A DNA stretch of 61,548 nt, filler included. It is 10 parts of 10 records of this genome, joined end to end, with 100 filler letters (N's around TTAATTAATTAA, not from the genome) between each part and the next. Parts side by side here need not be neighbours in the genome. Positions count along the whole stretch, not along the records: positions 10,242 to 13,431 come from SRR7504441_15259; positions 13,532 to 20,443 come from SRR7504441_15302; positions 20,544 to 29,457 come from SRR7504441_15305; 7 more parts are not named here. The stretch is one strand, 5' to 3'. The notes under the pieces were generated by a model. The model was not told the origin of the DNA and ran no database searches. It was given only the letters and a program-made list of their open reading frames with translations. The translations under genes were made by a program, and so were the position numbers. Positions 11,799 through 22,897 of the stretch are shown here, piece by piece; the first letter of the stretch is position 1; each line of letters opens with the position of its first letter.

Positions 11799-13149
11799 AT
11801 GGCGGCCGGCTGGGTGATTGGGATTCTGATCTACGTGCGCCTCCCGGCAAGCCTGCCCGGCCTGAGCCTCGCCTGTCCCGGCAGATGTTCGGGCGGACAT
11901 CGATGGCCTTTGGCGCCAACCTGCAGCGCTACTCGATGGAGCGGGAGAAGAAGAAGCCAGACGATGAGCGCCGCTCCAAGCATCGGCAGGTGGCCGGTCG
12001 GCGGCGAGCTGGGCTGAGCCAGGGGGATAGCCGTTACTGCTCACCGGAATTGTGCTCTTCGTGACCAGCGGGATGTTCCTCTCGATCGCGCTCGTGTTTG
12101 CTCCGCAGACGCTGCTCTCGCCATGCGGGGTGATCATCTTCGTGTCCAACGCGCTGTTTGCGCACTACCTGAACGGCGAGGAGTTCGTGTGGGCGGTGGA
12201 CGGGACGTGCAACTTCTTTGTGATGGTAGGGGTGGTGCTCTGTGTTATCGCCGCGCCCAAAGAGGAGACCGGCCAGGGGGACTCGACCATCAAGACCTAC
12301 ACCTCAGACCAGCTGATCGAGCTGTACCAGACCTGGTCGTTCGTTTTATTCATAGTGCTGGTCGTAGTGCTGATCGGCGGGCTGCTGGTCACCAAGAATA
12401 GGATCCTGGGCAGGGTGAGCGACAACTGGAGCCTGCTGCGCGAGGATCCGATGAGCCTCACCATACTCAATCTAGCGTTTGGAGTGATTGCTGGCACCCT
12501 GGGCGGGTTCAACATCACGATCACCAAGAGCATATTCCAAGTGATTGGTGGCCAGTACGAGGAAGGCGGTGTAGTGGGTATTCTCACCTCCTGGCTCTGC
12601 TACGTGCTCGGGTTCACGGTGCTCTTCACTTTTGTATTCCAGCTGGTGGCGGTCACTGACGGGCTCGAGAAGTGCAACACACTGGTGGTGGTGCCGTGCC
12701 AGGCCATGACAGAGGAACTGGTGGCCACCTTGGGCGGGCTGCTCTACTTCCAGGACTACAAGGAGTTTGAAGCATGGTCAGCGGTAGTGTTTTTGATAGG
12801 CGACGCGATTGCAGTGGCTGCGGTGGTCATGCTGGTGCCTCCAGCCTCGCCTTCCGCTGAGCTGGCCCAGGTGCGGATACGGATGCAGCGGGCGGCAGAG
12901 CAGGACGAGGAGGTCTGGATTCGGTCCGGCCGCACGCTCGAATGGTTGGGCCAGGCGATGCTGAGTGACTCCGAGGACAAGATTCTGATAGCCCCGGGCG
13001 CCGACAAGTTATATCACGATTTCGACTCGGTCGAACCGGGGACTATGAGTCCAAACAGGCGCTGCCCTGGGCTAGCAGGCAGGCTCACAGGCGAGCAGGA
13101 AGGGGACGAGCTTGGGGCTGATGCTAGCGGGCCAGAAGCCCGATGCTAG
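11799..13149 (+). CDS. NIPA-family (DMT superfamily) Mg2+ transporter-like membrane protein
   Basis: AFGANLQR, FAPQTLLSP, NALFAHYLNGE, GLLYFQDY and multiple TM helices; at least 4 introns; the 3' end may extend to about 13195 through a GC-AG intron. Confidence 0.85.
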
Positions 13150-13431
13150 CGAGCCGGGAGTGCACAGTGATTTAGGTGGACCTGCGCTGCTCTAGCCCTC
13201 GTACCAAGATCGCAGTATTTACCTTAATCATTACCGGAGGCACCTGATAATAGATGGAGCTAGAGCTAGATCAGAGATATTAGAATACATGTAATTCATG
13301 ATAATGCGTTATAAATCCATATAGTATCAGTGCGGCATCGCCCTCCTTGAGCATTATGAAGGTCCAGATCCGCCGGGCCACATCCGATTAGGGGGGCTTC
13401 ACGCTCCCTGATCGCTGGCTTCAACGACATC

Positions 13432-13531
13432 NNNNNNNNNNNNNNNNNNNNNNNNNNNNNNNNNNNNNNNNNNNNTTAATTAATTAANNNNNNNNNNNNN
13501 NNNNNNNNNNNNNNNNNNNNNNNNNNNNNNN
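13432..13531. other. Artificial contig linker
   Basis: N/TTAATTAATTAA/N. Confidence 0.99.
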
Positions 13532-16500
13532 GTGTACGGCGCGGTGCGCTCCCGCGAGGACCGGGGCTGGCTGGTGGATCTCGGGGTGCACAAGCTCCGC
13601 GGGTGCGCGGGCGCTGCCAGTGCAGGGCTGACTGGGCCGCAGGTTTGTGCCGGACGGCGCTGTCGATGAGCCTGACCAGCTGGTGCCGGGCGCCCCGGTG
13701 CTGTGCGTGGTCACTGAGAAGAGCAGCGACGCCAAGGCCATCGTGCTCACCGCGAAGAGGGAGCCGGTGCCCCTAGTGCTCGGCCTGCGCTCAGCGGCTG
13801 CAGGTACTGGAGGCCAAGCTTCGTAAAGCGGCCGCGTTCTCGGCGTTGCTGCCGGGGATGGCAGTCACCTGTCGAATGGTCGAGCCGCGCGAAGCAGGTG
13901 GCCGTCGAGGGTACCATGTGCGCCAGGCTGCTTGCTGTGGGCTCTAATCGGGGCGGCAGGTCACGATTCAGGACGGCTCTATCGAAGCGTCTCTAGACTG
14001 GCAGCACACAGCTGGTCAGCAGCTGGCCAAGGGGAAGGACTACACCGCCCGAGTGTTGTGTATCGACCACGAGAGCAAACAGGTCAGTTGGGTGGCTCAG
14101 GGGGCTGCTAACACCCTGGGCAGGTCTCGCTCACAATGGATGCGGCGCTATGCGCACTGTCGCCCAAACCTGTTCCGAAGAAGCTGGCAGTTGGGCAAGT
14201 GTACGAGGAGGCGACTGTGACCTGCGTCGACGAGGGTGTGGGCATTTCTCTCGATCTGCCGCTAAAGAAAGGCTCTTTCCCAGCGTATGCTCACATCTCG
14301 CAGGCGTCTGACGAGTTCGTAAAGAGCCTGAGCAAGACATTTAAAGTGGGGAGCCAGCACAGGTGCCGCATTCTTGGATTCAACCGCCTGGAGTCGGTGG
14401 CTGCAGTCACGCTCAAGGAGTCTGTGCTCGATCAGCCCATCCTCACATACGCTGACGTGCTGCCTGGGACTGTGGTGGACATCACTGTCGACAAGCCCGT
14501 GCCGAACGGCATCAAGGTGATGCTTACAGATTCGATATCTGGTTTTGTGCCAAAGCTTCACGTGGCCGACAAGCCATCGATGGTCGACAAGGCTCTATTG
14601 AAGTTTGAGTCGGGCAAGCAACTCAAGGCTAGGGTACTCTGTGCAGACCCGGTCAAACGGACGGTGATTCTCACTCTCAAGAAACAGCTCGTCGGCTCCG
14701 AAGTGCCGGTGCTGAGCTCGTACGAGGACGCGGTCCCTGGCTCGGCATACCACGGCTTCATCTCGTCGGCGCGCGACAAGGGGCTGTTTGTCTCTTTCTG
14801 CAACAATGTGTTCGGGCTGATCAGAGCCGCCGACCTGGACGCATATGCAGAGACGGGCGCCGTGCCCAAGGTGGGTGCCACAGTCAAGGTATGGCTGCAG
14901 AAAGTCAAGAAGAACAACCAATTGCAGTTCGGACTTACTCCAGTGGAGGCCGGTGGCAGCAACACGCAGGACCGCTCGTTATTTGATTCAGTGGCTGTGG
15001 GAGAGATTCGACCAGGGGTAGTCAGCCAGGTGCTGTCGACAGCGCTGGTAGTGAGCATTGGTAAGGGCGTGAATGGCATCTTGCCCAACAACCAGCTCTC
15101 TGACCACCCGTCGATGACGACATTGCTGGCAGGCAGCTTGGCAGCAGGCATGGATCTTGGCGATCTTGTTGTACTCGAAAAGGACGACTCAAAGCGCAAG
15201 ATTGTGCTCTCGTGTAAACACTCTCTCGTGGCTGCAATGAAGCGCGGTGATCTGCCATCAAGCATCGAGGACGTGCAGCAGGGCCACATCTATTCAGGAT
15301 ACATCAACAACGTGACCAAATACGGTGCTTTCGTTGGATTTGCTGGTGGGCTCTCAGGGTTAGCTCACAAGCGAGAGCTGGCTGATGCGTTTGTGGCGGA
15401 CCCAAGTGAGCATTTCACTACGGGCAACTCGGTGAATGCCAAAGTGAGCTCACTCGACGATGGCAAGATGTCCCTCAATCTCAAGCTTTCAGAATGTCCA
15501 TCCCATCACGATGCCCCTGCCCCGGTGCTCTCGTACTTTGAAGACCGCGAACTGGCTGAGCAACTGGCAATCAAGTCTGCTGGCACTGCTGTCGACAATG
15601 AGGTTTGGGATCAGCTGCAGATTGGTTCTCTCACGGATGCGCAAGTGATGTCAGTTCACTCCTATGGCGCTGTGCTCAGCCTCCTGGGTGACGTGGTTGG
15701 ATTTATCAAGACTGAGCAGCTCGGAGGCCAAGAGTGTGAGCCTGGCGAGACTTTGCAGTGCAAGATTCTCGACGTCTCAAAGGACAAAACAATCGTAGAT
15801 CTTTCACTCAAGCTGGCGGACCCGGAGGCTGGTGCGACACACAAGCCAAAGAAGCGCAAGCGCAGTGCGTCGGACCTCGCAGTTGGAAGCAAGGTGTGCA
15901 GCAGGGCTTATGAGCCTCATTTAGCCTCATTTGATTGGTTTATAGGTGAATGCTGTGGTAGAGCTGGTCAAGGAGGACTATTTAGTGGTGTCACTTCCAG
16001 AGGGCAATGTAGGCTTTGCACTGTCTCACGATTTCAACAACCGGGCGGGCGAAGCACACGACTTGTACTCTCTGGGTAAGAAACTTAAGATGAAGGTAGT
16101 CAGGCATGCTCCGCCCAATCGGCTGCTGCTACAAATCGATCACCAGCTTGAGAATGCACAAAAGCCTAAAAAGAAGCGGGAGGAATGTGCAGACCCTGAG
16201 GTGGAAGGGGTATCTGATATCAAGATTGGCATGTTGACAAAGGCCAAAGTAAAAGAGTCGACAGGGGCATGCATCAACGTGGTGCTTGGTCGTGGCATCA
16301 AAGGCAGGATCCAGATATCTCACTATGAAGGCCCAGAAGCACCGTCTGAGGGGACTGTGCTGGATGTGCGTGTTCTTAGCAAATGTTTTGGAAAGAGTGG
16401 AAGAATGTACGAGCTATCAGCACTGCCCAGTGTGCTGAATGCTGAGGAATTGCCTCGTTTCAACACTATCGATAACTTGAAACAAGGCAAGCAGATTGTT

Positions 16501-19159
16501 GGGTACGTCGACGAGATCAGCGATACAGGAGACAGCATGAGCATATGGATCAATCCATTGCTTCGAGGCCGGATGACAGCAGAGGAGTCGTCCCCTGAGC
16601 TCTCTGTTGCATCAGACCTAGATTCGAACTTCTCTTTGGGACAGAAGATTCGCTGCTATGTCGTAAAGGTGGGTCTTAGCCCTAGTATCAGGTCGAATTT
16701 CTCGAAACTGACTGTTTGGTGCAGGTCGACCCACAGCGGAATCACTTAGATCTGTCGATGCTGCCTCCCAAACAGCGAGCTCCCATAGTTGGGTCCATCC
16801 GCTTGGCAGTGTCGACACGCAGTGCCAAATCAGCAGGAGGGCTATATCTGCGTGTTGCTGGCGGTGTCAGTGCACGGGCATACCTTACTGACCTACTCGA
16901 TCAGTATGTTCCTAATCCTGTCGAGAATTTCTCTGCAGGTACACTCGTCCAGTGCAAGGTACTGGCTGTCAACAAGTCGAAGGGTGGTGCCCCAACTCTA
17001 GATGTCACTGTGCGCGAATCTCAGATGGATGATGGTGAAGTGCCAGATCCGAGTTGCCCTGCTCTCGACAGTGTTAGTGACATCAAGCAGGGTGACTTAG
17101 TGCAGGGGTACGTCAAGACTATCTCAGCTAAGGGGTGTTTTGTGGGGCTGGCACGCCATATTACTGCCCGAGTCAAGCTCGGTGACCTTTCAGATGGCTT
17201 TATTAAAGACCCAGCAGCTGAATTTCCTGTGGGCACGCTAGTCAAAGGGAGAATTCAGATGGTCGATGATGTTAACGAGCGGATTGACATGTGCCTTAAG
17301 CCATCAATGATAGATCCGTCACATGAGGCGATCGCGTTCGAGGATGTCGAGCCTGGAATGCTGCTCAGCGGGGTGGTTAAGAAGGTGGAGGACTTCGGGG
17401 TCTTTGTCAACCTGGACGAGTCGGCGGGGTTGTCAGGGCTGTGCCATCTGTCAGAAGTGAGCGAGCAGTACATTAAAAATGTGAAGAAGGCGTACTCTCC
17501 TGGCGATAAGGTAAAGGTCGCAGTTATCAGGGTGAATCCAAGCAACAAGCATATTTCACTCTCTATGAAGCAAGAGCACTTCGAAGACGAGGAAGAGGAG
17601 GACGACGATGAGGAGGATGAGGACGAGGAAGAGGAGGACGACGAGGAGACTGGGCTGCTGGATGAAAATGGCATGCTTGATGCTGAGGAGGATGAAGATG
17701 AAGACATCGATGAGCTTCAGCAGGAGGACGACGAAGAGGACGAGGAGATGGCAGGCGAAGAGGAAGAGGACGAAGATGAGGACGAGGACGAAGAAATGGC
17801 TGATGGTGAGGATGGTGCGTTGGCAGCGAGTAAGCTGCAGTGGGACGGCTTCGACGTGAGTGCCCGCGTTTAGGCCAGTGTACTGAATGGTAGGTGTGCA
17901 GCTATCCGGACCGCAAGTGGAGGCAGAGGAGGAGAGCGACGATGAGGAGGCTAATAGCGACGATGACGAGCTACCAGACTCCAAAACGACACGCCGGAAG
18001 AAAAAACAGAGACTGGAAGCTGAGCACGAAGCTGAAGTCCAAGCACGCGAGGCTGAGGCCATGATGGGCGACGCAGCCCCGGAGACAGTGGCTGACTTTG
18101 AGCGTTTGGTCTTGGAGCATCCCAACTCATCGTACGTGTGGATCAAGTTTATCGCGTTCCATGTTACCCTCACAGAGGTGGACCAGGCCCGGACAGTTGC
18201 GCAGAAAGCCCTGGATAAGATCAGCAGTGTCGAGGGGTTGGAGCGGATGCAGGTTGGTCCTGCCTGGTCATCTTGATGTGCTAGGCTCTAATCGAAGTAT
18301 GAGCTAGTGATAGTATCAGCTCGCATTTCTAAGCTTGCTATGTGTAAAGGTTTGGAACGCCTGGATGAACCTGGAGCACAAGTTTGGGGATTTGAAGGGC
18401 GTGCTAGACGTTGCACAGAAGGCAGCCAACAACATGGATGCCAAGGAGGTCTATATGAGGCTGCTGAATATCTACGACGGGGACCCGGATCCGAAAGTGG
18501 CTGACGAGGTGCACAAGCCATAGCTTGTGTTGCTGACACGCCTAGCAGGTGTATAAGATGGTCTCTCGCAAGCTGAAAAGCAGCTCGCAAATTTGGCTCA
18601 AGTACTGCGTCTTCAAGCTCAAGAATGGCTGGGGCCAAGGTGCAGCGCCATCATGGTGGGGGCTTCTGACCTCTGCGACAGGGGCCCGTAATGTACTGCA
18701 GCAGGCACTCACTGCCACTCCAAAGCGCAAGCACGTTGGGGTGCTGTCCAAATTCGCACAGCTTGAGTTCAAGCACGGCAGCGCGGAACGCGGTGCGCCC
18801 TGCCATGCATGACGATTGGCAGCTTACCGGATGGGCTGTATTCCAGGTCGCACTATGTTCGACTCTCTGCTGGCCTCGCAGCCCAAGCGGCTCGACCTGT
18901 GGCATGTCTGGTTGCAATGCGAGATCAAGCAGGGCGACCTCGACACCATCCGGGCGCTGTTTGAAAAGGTCTGCGCCATGCTCTGGTCCTCCAAGAAGGT
19001 CGCTCCTCATGTCCGGGGACAAGGCTCACGGGGTGTGTGCTGGTGCAGATGAAGTTTCTGCTCAAGATGTACTTGTCGTTTGAGAAGACCGACGGCACTG
19101 AGGATGGCGTTGACCGTGTTCGGGAGATTGCAACCCAGTATGTGGACAACAAGACTTGA
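13532..19159 (+). CDS. RRP5: rRNA biogenesis protein RRP5 (S1 repeats, acidic linker, HAT/TPR), 5'-truncated, about 12 GT-AG introns
   Basis: Tandem S1 domains (e.g. GVVKKVEDFGVFV..GLCHLSEVS), PETVADFERLVLEHPNSSYVWIKFIAF, KFAQLEFKHGSAERGRTMFD, PKRLDLW. Confidence 0.96.
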
Positions 19160-19382
19160 CTGCACTAAGAGTGTATTCTAAATCTATCGCATTCGCCATA
19201 CTAAATCATTCTAGATAATGCATCACGACGCGCTCCCCGCGGCCCTGCGGCCCTACCGTGCGCGGCCCTCCCAAGATCTCGAATTCCCGCGTTTTTTTTT
19301 GCGGTTGTGCTATTTTTAAGGGAAGCACGTGCAGCACGGGAGCAACGCCGCTGAGTCTCCCAGGTAAGCGATGATCGCGGCC

Positions 19383-20276
19383 ATGGCCGGCGGTGCTCTG
19401 GACATCCCGCTGTCCTGCCCGAGCTGGAACACCGGAGAGCGTCGCCGCCCGATGCCCCCGGAGGTGCCCTCGCCCGTGTCCTTGTTCACCAGCCACGAGC
19501 GGCGGCACTGGCACGGCGGATGCACCGCCCAGTCGGTGGAAAGCCCCAAACCGCGCGGCCGCCGGAGCGTTCCGCCGCCCGAGCCGCACCGGGCCCGGCC
19601 GGAGAACGGGCTGCCGCCGTGCATCCAAGAGATGCCCAGTGGGATGTCACGGGCGTGCGAGGTGCACAGCAAGCGGCAGTTCCCGGGGCTGGAGGAAGGC
19701 TGGAGCATGCGCAACCCGTCAGTGACTGGAGGCAAGCGGACGCTGACTGGCAGCCAGACAGCAGAGGTGTGTGGCGACCCCTTTGGGCCGCAGTTCAGGC
19801 GGGCGCGAGTGGTGATCGATCCGGCCACCGGCCGGCCGAGGCGGGACTTCAAGTCGGGCGAGCGGAACTTTTCCGACGAAACCGGGTCGGTGCGTAAGTT
19901 CGATATGGACGCACACCGGTTCCATTCCTCAAGGGAAACACCGGTGGCCTTTCCTGGCTGGCGAGGATACCCTCCGAGCTTGTCGGCCGAGGGCCAGCCT
20001 ATAGATTACATGGTCAAGCAACAGTGGGAGAAGGCGCTTGGGAGCCAGGCCCCGTTCAAGCAGGCCATACTATCCGACTCATACTTTGGGTCCAGCCCGC
20101 CGCATGTTGCCGGGGACTCGACCAAATTTAGCAAAATCCACAATCCGACCTACCAGGCCGATTTGCAGTACATGCCGCAGCGGCTGTACGATCCAGCCAC
20201 TATGGGCCAGCCCTGCTTCCCAAAGATCTTTAGTCAGAGCCGCAAATTAGGGTTCCATAGCGATCGACCTGTCTAG
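19383..20276 (+). CDS. Uncharacterised proline-rich protein
   Basis: Uninterrupted ORF of about 297 aa between AT-rich flanks; no domain recognised. Confidence 0.65.
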   Translation: MAGGALDIPLSCPSWNTGERRRPMPPEVPSPVSLFTSHERRHWHGGCTAQSVESPKPRGRRSVPPPEPHRARPENGLPPCIQEMPSGMSRACEVHSKRQFPGLEEGWSMRNPSVTGGKRTLTGSQTAEVCGDPFGPQFRRARVVIDPATGRPRRDFKSGERNFSDETGSVRKFDMDAHRFHSSRETPVAFPGWRGYPPSLSAEGQPIDYMVKQQWEKALGSQAPFKQAILSDSYFGSSPPHVAGDSTKFSKIHNPTYQADLQYMPQRLYDPATMGQPCFPKIFSQSRKLGFHSDRPV

Positions 20277-20443
20277 CGATAATGAATAAAGGAAACTGAA
20301 TGTTGCATGCATTCAATATGGCGGCACATCGCAAAATTAATCATTTGATCGACTTCAGATTGGATTATTTCGGCTTGAACCGCGTACCCTCTCTCCAGGA
20401 CCAGTCGAAATCGAACCGACCGTGGTCGAGGGCGCCTGAAAGC

Positions 20444-20543
20444 NNNNNNNNNNNNNNNNNNNNNNNNNNNNNNNNNNNNNNNNNNNNTTAATTAATTAAN
20501 NNNNNNNNNNNNNNNNNNNNNNNNNNNNNNNNNNNNNNNNNNN
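20444..20543. other. Artificial contig linker
   Basis: N/TTAATTAATTAA/N. Confidence 0.99.
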
Positions 20544-20794
20544 GATTCTGACAATTTTATCGCCGTGCATTGATATTATTATTACGGAAATGACTGTACT
20601 ACAAGAACTAATTGCAATGAATTGATTTTAGATCTGTATTTGCACCGGTAAAGGATGCGCATCGCTGTACGCACCACCGTCACTTGGGTATGAGTACCCG
20701 CGTAGTCTACTCAAACCGGTATTCAAGTACTGTACAATGTCATGTCATGTACCTGGTACCGTTTATTACCCGCCGGCAGCTTCGCTCGGTTGAC

Positions 20795-21958
20795 ATGCAC
20801 GGCTGGCTCGGGCTGCAGCTGCTGGGGCTTCTGACGGGCGCGGCGGCGCGGCAGGTGGAGCTGTCCAACGTGCTCCCGCACACGGACCGGACCGGGCGGA
20901 TCATGGACGCGCACGACGGCTCGATCAGCCTGCAGGCCGGCCCGCGCGGGCTCGAGTTCTACTGGTATGCGATGGGATACGGGTACAACCTCAAGACCGG
21001 CCGGGACGACTGTCCGGAGAGCGGGCACTGGTGCATCAACTGCGGCCGGCACTTCAACAACACGATCGGCGTCTGGACCAGCCCGGACCTCTCAACCGGC
21101 TCATGGACGCTCAGGAGCCAGGCGATCGGCCCGGGCTGGCCCTCGGCCATGTACTACAGGAGCCATGCGCTGCACAACCGCAGGACCGGCCAGTACGTGC
21201 TCTGGGCCAATGTCGGTGCCGGGCCGGGCGGTCCGTACGCGGTGGCAAGCAGCGAGAGCGCTGACGGGCCGTTCGAGTATAGGGGGGTTGCCACCCCCGA
21301 GATTGGGGGCGGGGGGGACATGAGCCTGTTTCTGGACGATGACGGGAGCGCCTACTGCGTGCTGACCCACCTGGCGCACGGGGCCGGCCCGCGGGACATG
21401 ATCGTGTACAAGCTGACCGACGACTTCTTGAACTTCACGACTGAGTCTAGCGGAGTGCTGCCAGGGCCCAAACTGGTCGAGGCGCCCGACATGATCAAAC
21501 GGAACGGGGTTTACTACGTGCTGCTGGGCGGCTGCACCTGCTTCGGGCTGCACGGGAGCGGTGTGGCGTATCTAACTGCTAGGCACCCGCTCGGGCCGTA
21601 CAGTCACGTCTCTTCGTCGCTCGATCCGGGCTGCAACATATCGGCCACGCGCGATTGCTTCGACGTTGGGCCTAAAGGGTACTCGCAAGAGCGACGGGAC
21701 TACAACGACTCCACTAGCCCGCACAACGCGACAGGGATTTGCCGGCCTGTCCTGCAAAGCCAGCAAAACTTTGTGATTCAGTACCCGTCGGGCGAGCAAG
21801 GCACCGGCTATATTTGGACCGGCGACAGATGGAACAGCGCTCCTGACGGTCTTTTCGGGCACGATCCGCAGACATGGGCTCCGCTGGAGTTTGATGCGGA
21901 TGGTCTGATCGTGCCCATGGCGTTTCACGACAGCTTTACGATCGAACTCAACATGTGA
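20795..21958 (+). CDS. Secreted glycoside hydrolase family 43 (resembles exo-beta-1,3-galactanase type), intronless
   Basis: Signal peptide, DAHDG, FYWY, DMSLFLDDDGSAY, VEAPDMIKRNGVYY, SQQNFV, GDRW. Confidence 0.85.
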   Translation: MHGWLGLQLLGLLTGAAARQVELSNVLPHTDRTGRIMDAHDGSISLQAGPRGLEFYWYAMGYGYNLKTGRDDCPESGHWCINCGRHFNNTIGVWTSPDLSTGSWTLRSQAIGPGWPSAMYYRSHALHNRRTGQYVLWANVGAGPGGPYAVASSESADGPFEYRGVATPEIGGGGDMSLFLDDDGSAYCVLTHLAHGAGPRDMIVYKLTDDFLNFTTESSGVLPGPKLVEAPDMIKRNGVYYVLLGGCTCFGLHGSGVAYLTARHPLGPYSHVSSSLDPGCNISATRDCFDVGPKGYSQERRDYNDSTSPHNATGICRPVLQSQQNFVIQYPSGEQGTGYIWTGDRWNSAPDGLFGHDPQTWAPLEFDADGLIVPMAFHDSFTIELNM

Positions 21959-22217
21959 AAATATTTCAAATGATTTGATATTAGATATTTGTTTAAAGAG
22001 GTCTACCCGGCCCACTTTAGTAGAGGTGTCTGGCCTTTGAACGACATCGCCCAGAACGTGTACACGGGATCCGGATCATGAGACATGATGAGAAAACAGG
22101 AAAAAATAAAGAAAAATAAAGGAGCTCAGGCGCGGCTACAATTGTAGCGCTGTCACGCTTGTTAACGGGGATCCCGGACAGCCGAGTGCGGGAAGACCGT
22201 CGCTCGCCGTAAAAGAA

Positions 22218-22577
22218 ATGGCGCGGACCGCAGCAGCAGTAGCGGCGCTTCTGTGGTGCGCGAGCTCGGTGCACGGGCAGACCTACGGGGGCGGCCTGGG
22301 CAAGACCACGTACTCTGTGAGCGATGCGATCGGGGCCTCCCAGTGGATGCTCTCCCTGTTGCCCACCGTCCCCGACCACCCGAACGGGCCCAAGGACTGC
22401 GGTCAGGTCGGGCGGCTCCGGCTGGCCAGCAGCACTCCACCTGACGGCGGCGTGTACCTTTCGACCCCCAATGGACTCACCGTCCAAGTGAACGGGCTCG
22501 AGGTCGGCACTTATACCCCGAGCCGGCCTCTTGGAGGTGGCTCGGTCAATCTCTGCGGGAATGGCACTTGCGTTTGA
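22218..22577 (+). CDS. Small secreted protein or truncated gene
   Basis: Clear signal peptide (MARTAAAVAALLWCASSVHG); GC-rich coding character fades near 22500. Confidence 0.5.
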   Translation: MARTAAAVAALLWCASSVHGQTYGGGLGKTTYSVSDAIGASQWMLSLLPTVPDHPNGPKDCGQVGRLRLASSTPPDGGVYLSTPNGLTVQVNGLEVGTYTPSRPLGGGSVNLCGNGTCV

Positions 22578-22897
22578 CCTACGTTTGACCTTTGTTGTTG
22601 TTTTCAAGATCGTCATCACTGATACCGACTGGATAGGCTCGAGTTTATCCATGTACTTGTAAATACTGTGTGAACGGGTTATGACCGCTATGTGGGCCTT
22701 TATTAAATACAATCATGTACATGCAGGGACCATAGCACCTGGCCATGGTACAGCTGACGTGTACAGTAGTCAGTTCATTCACTGCGGATCAGTACAAATC
22801 TGACCTGACTCAAACGGTCAACTTTTGGATACCGCCTTGCCAGCACTGAGCAGACAGTGGCGCCGCGAACGCGGCGTCAGCTGAAAGCAGCTGCACA

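Noticed and set aside
17585-17815. GAG/GAC-rich repeat and poly-Ser antisense ORF
   Set aside because: It is the normal acidic linker of RRP5.
18253-18349. Longer RRP5 intron as a snoRNA host
   Set aside because: No proper C box with a terminal CUGA D box, and no H/ACA layout.
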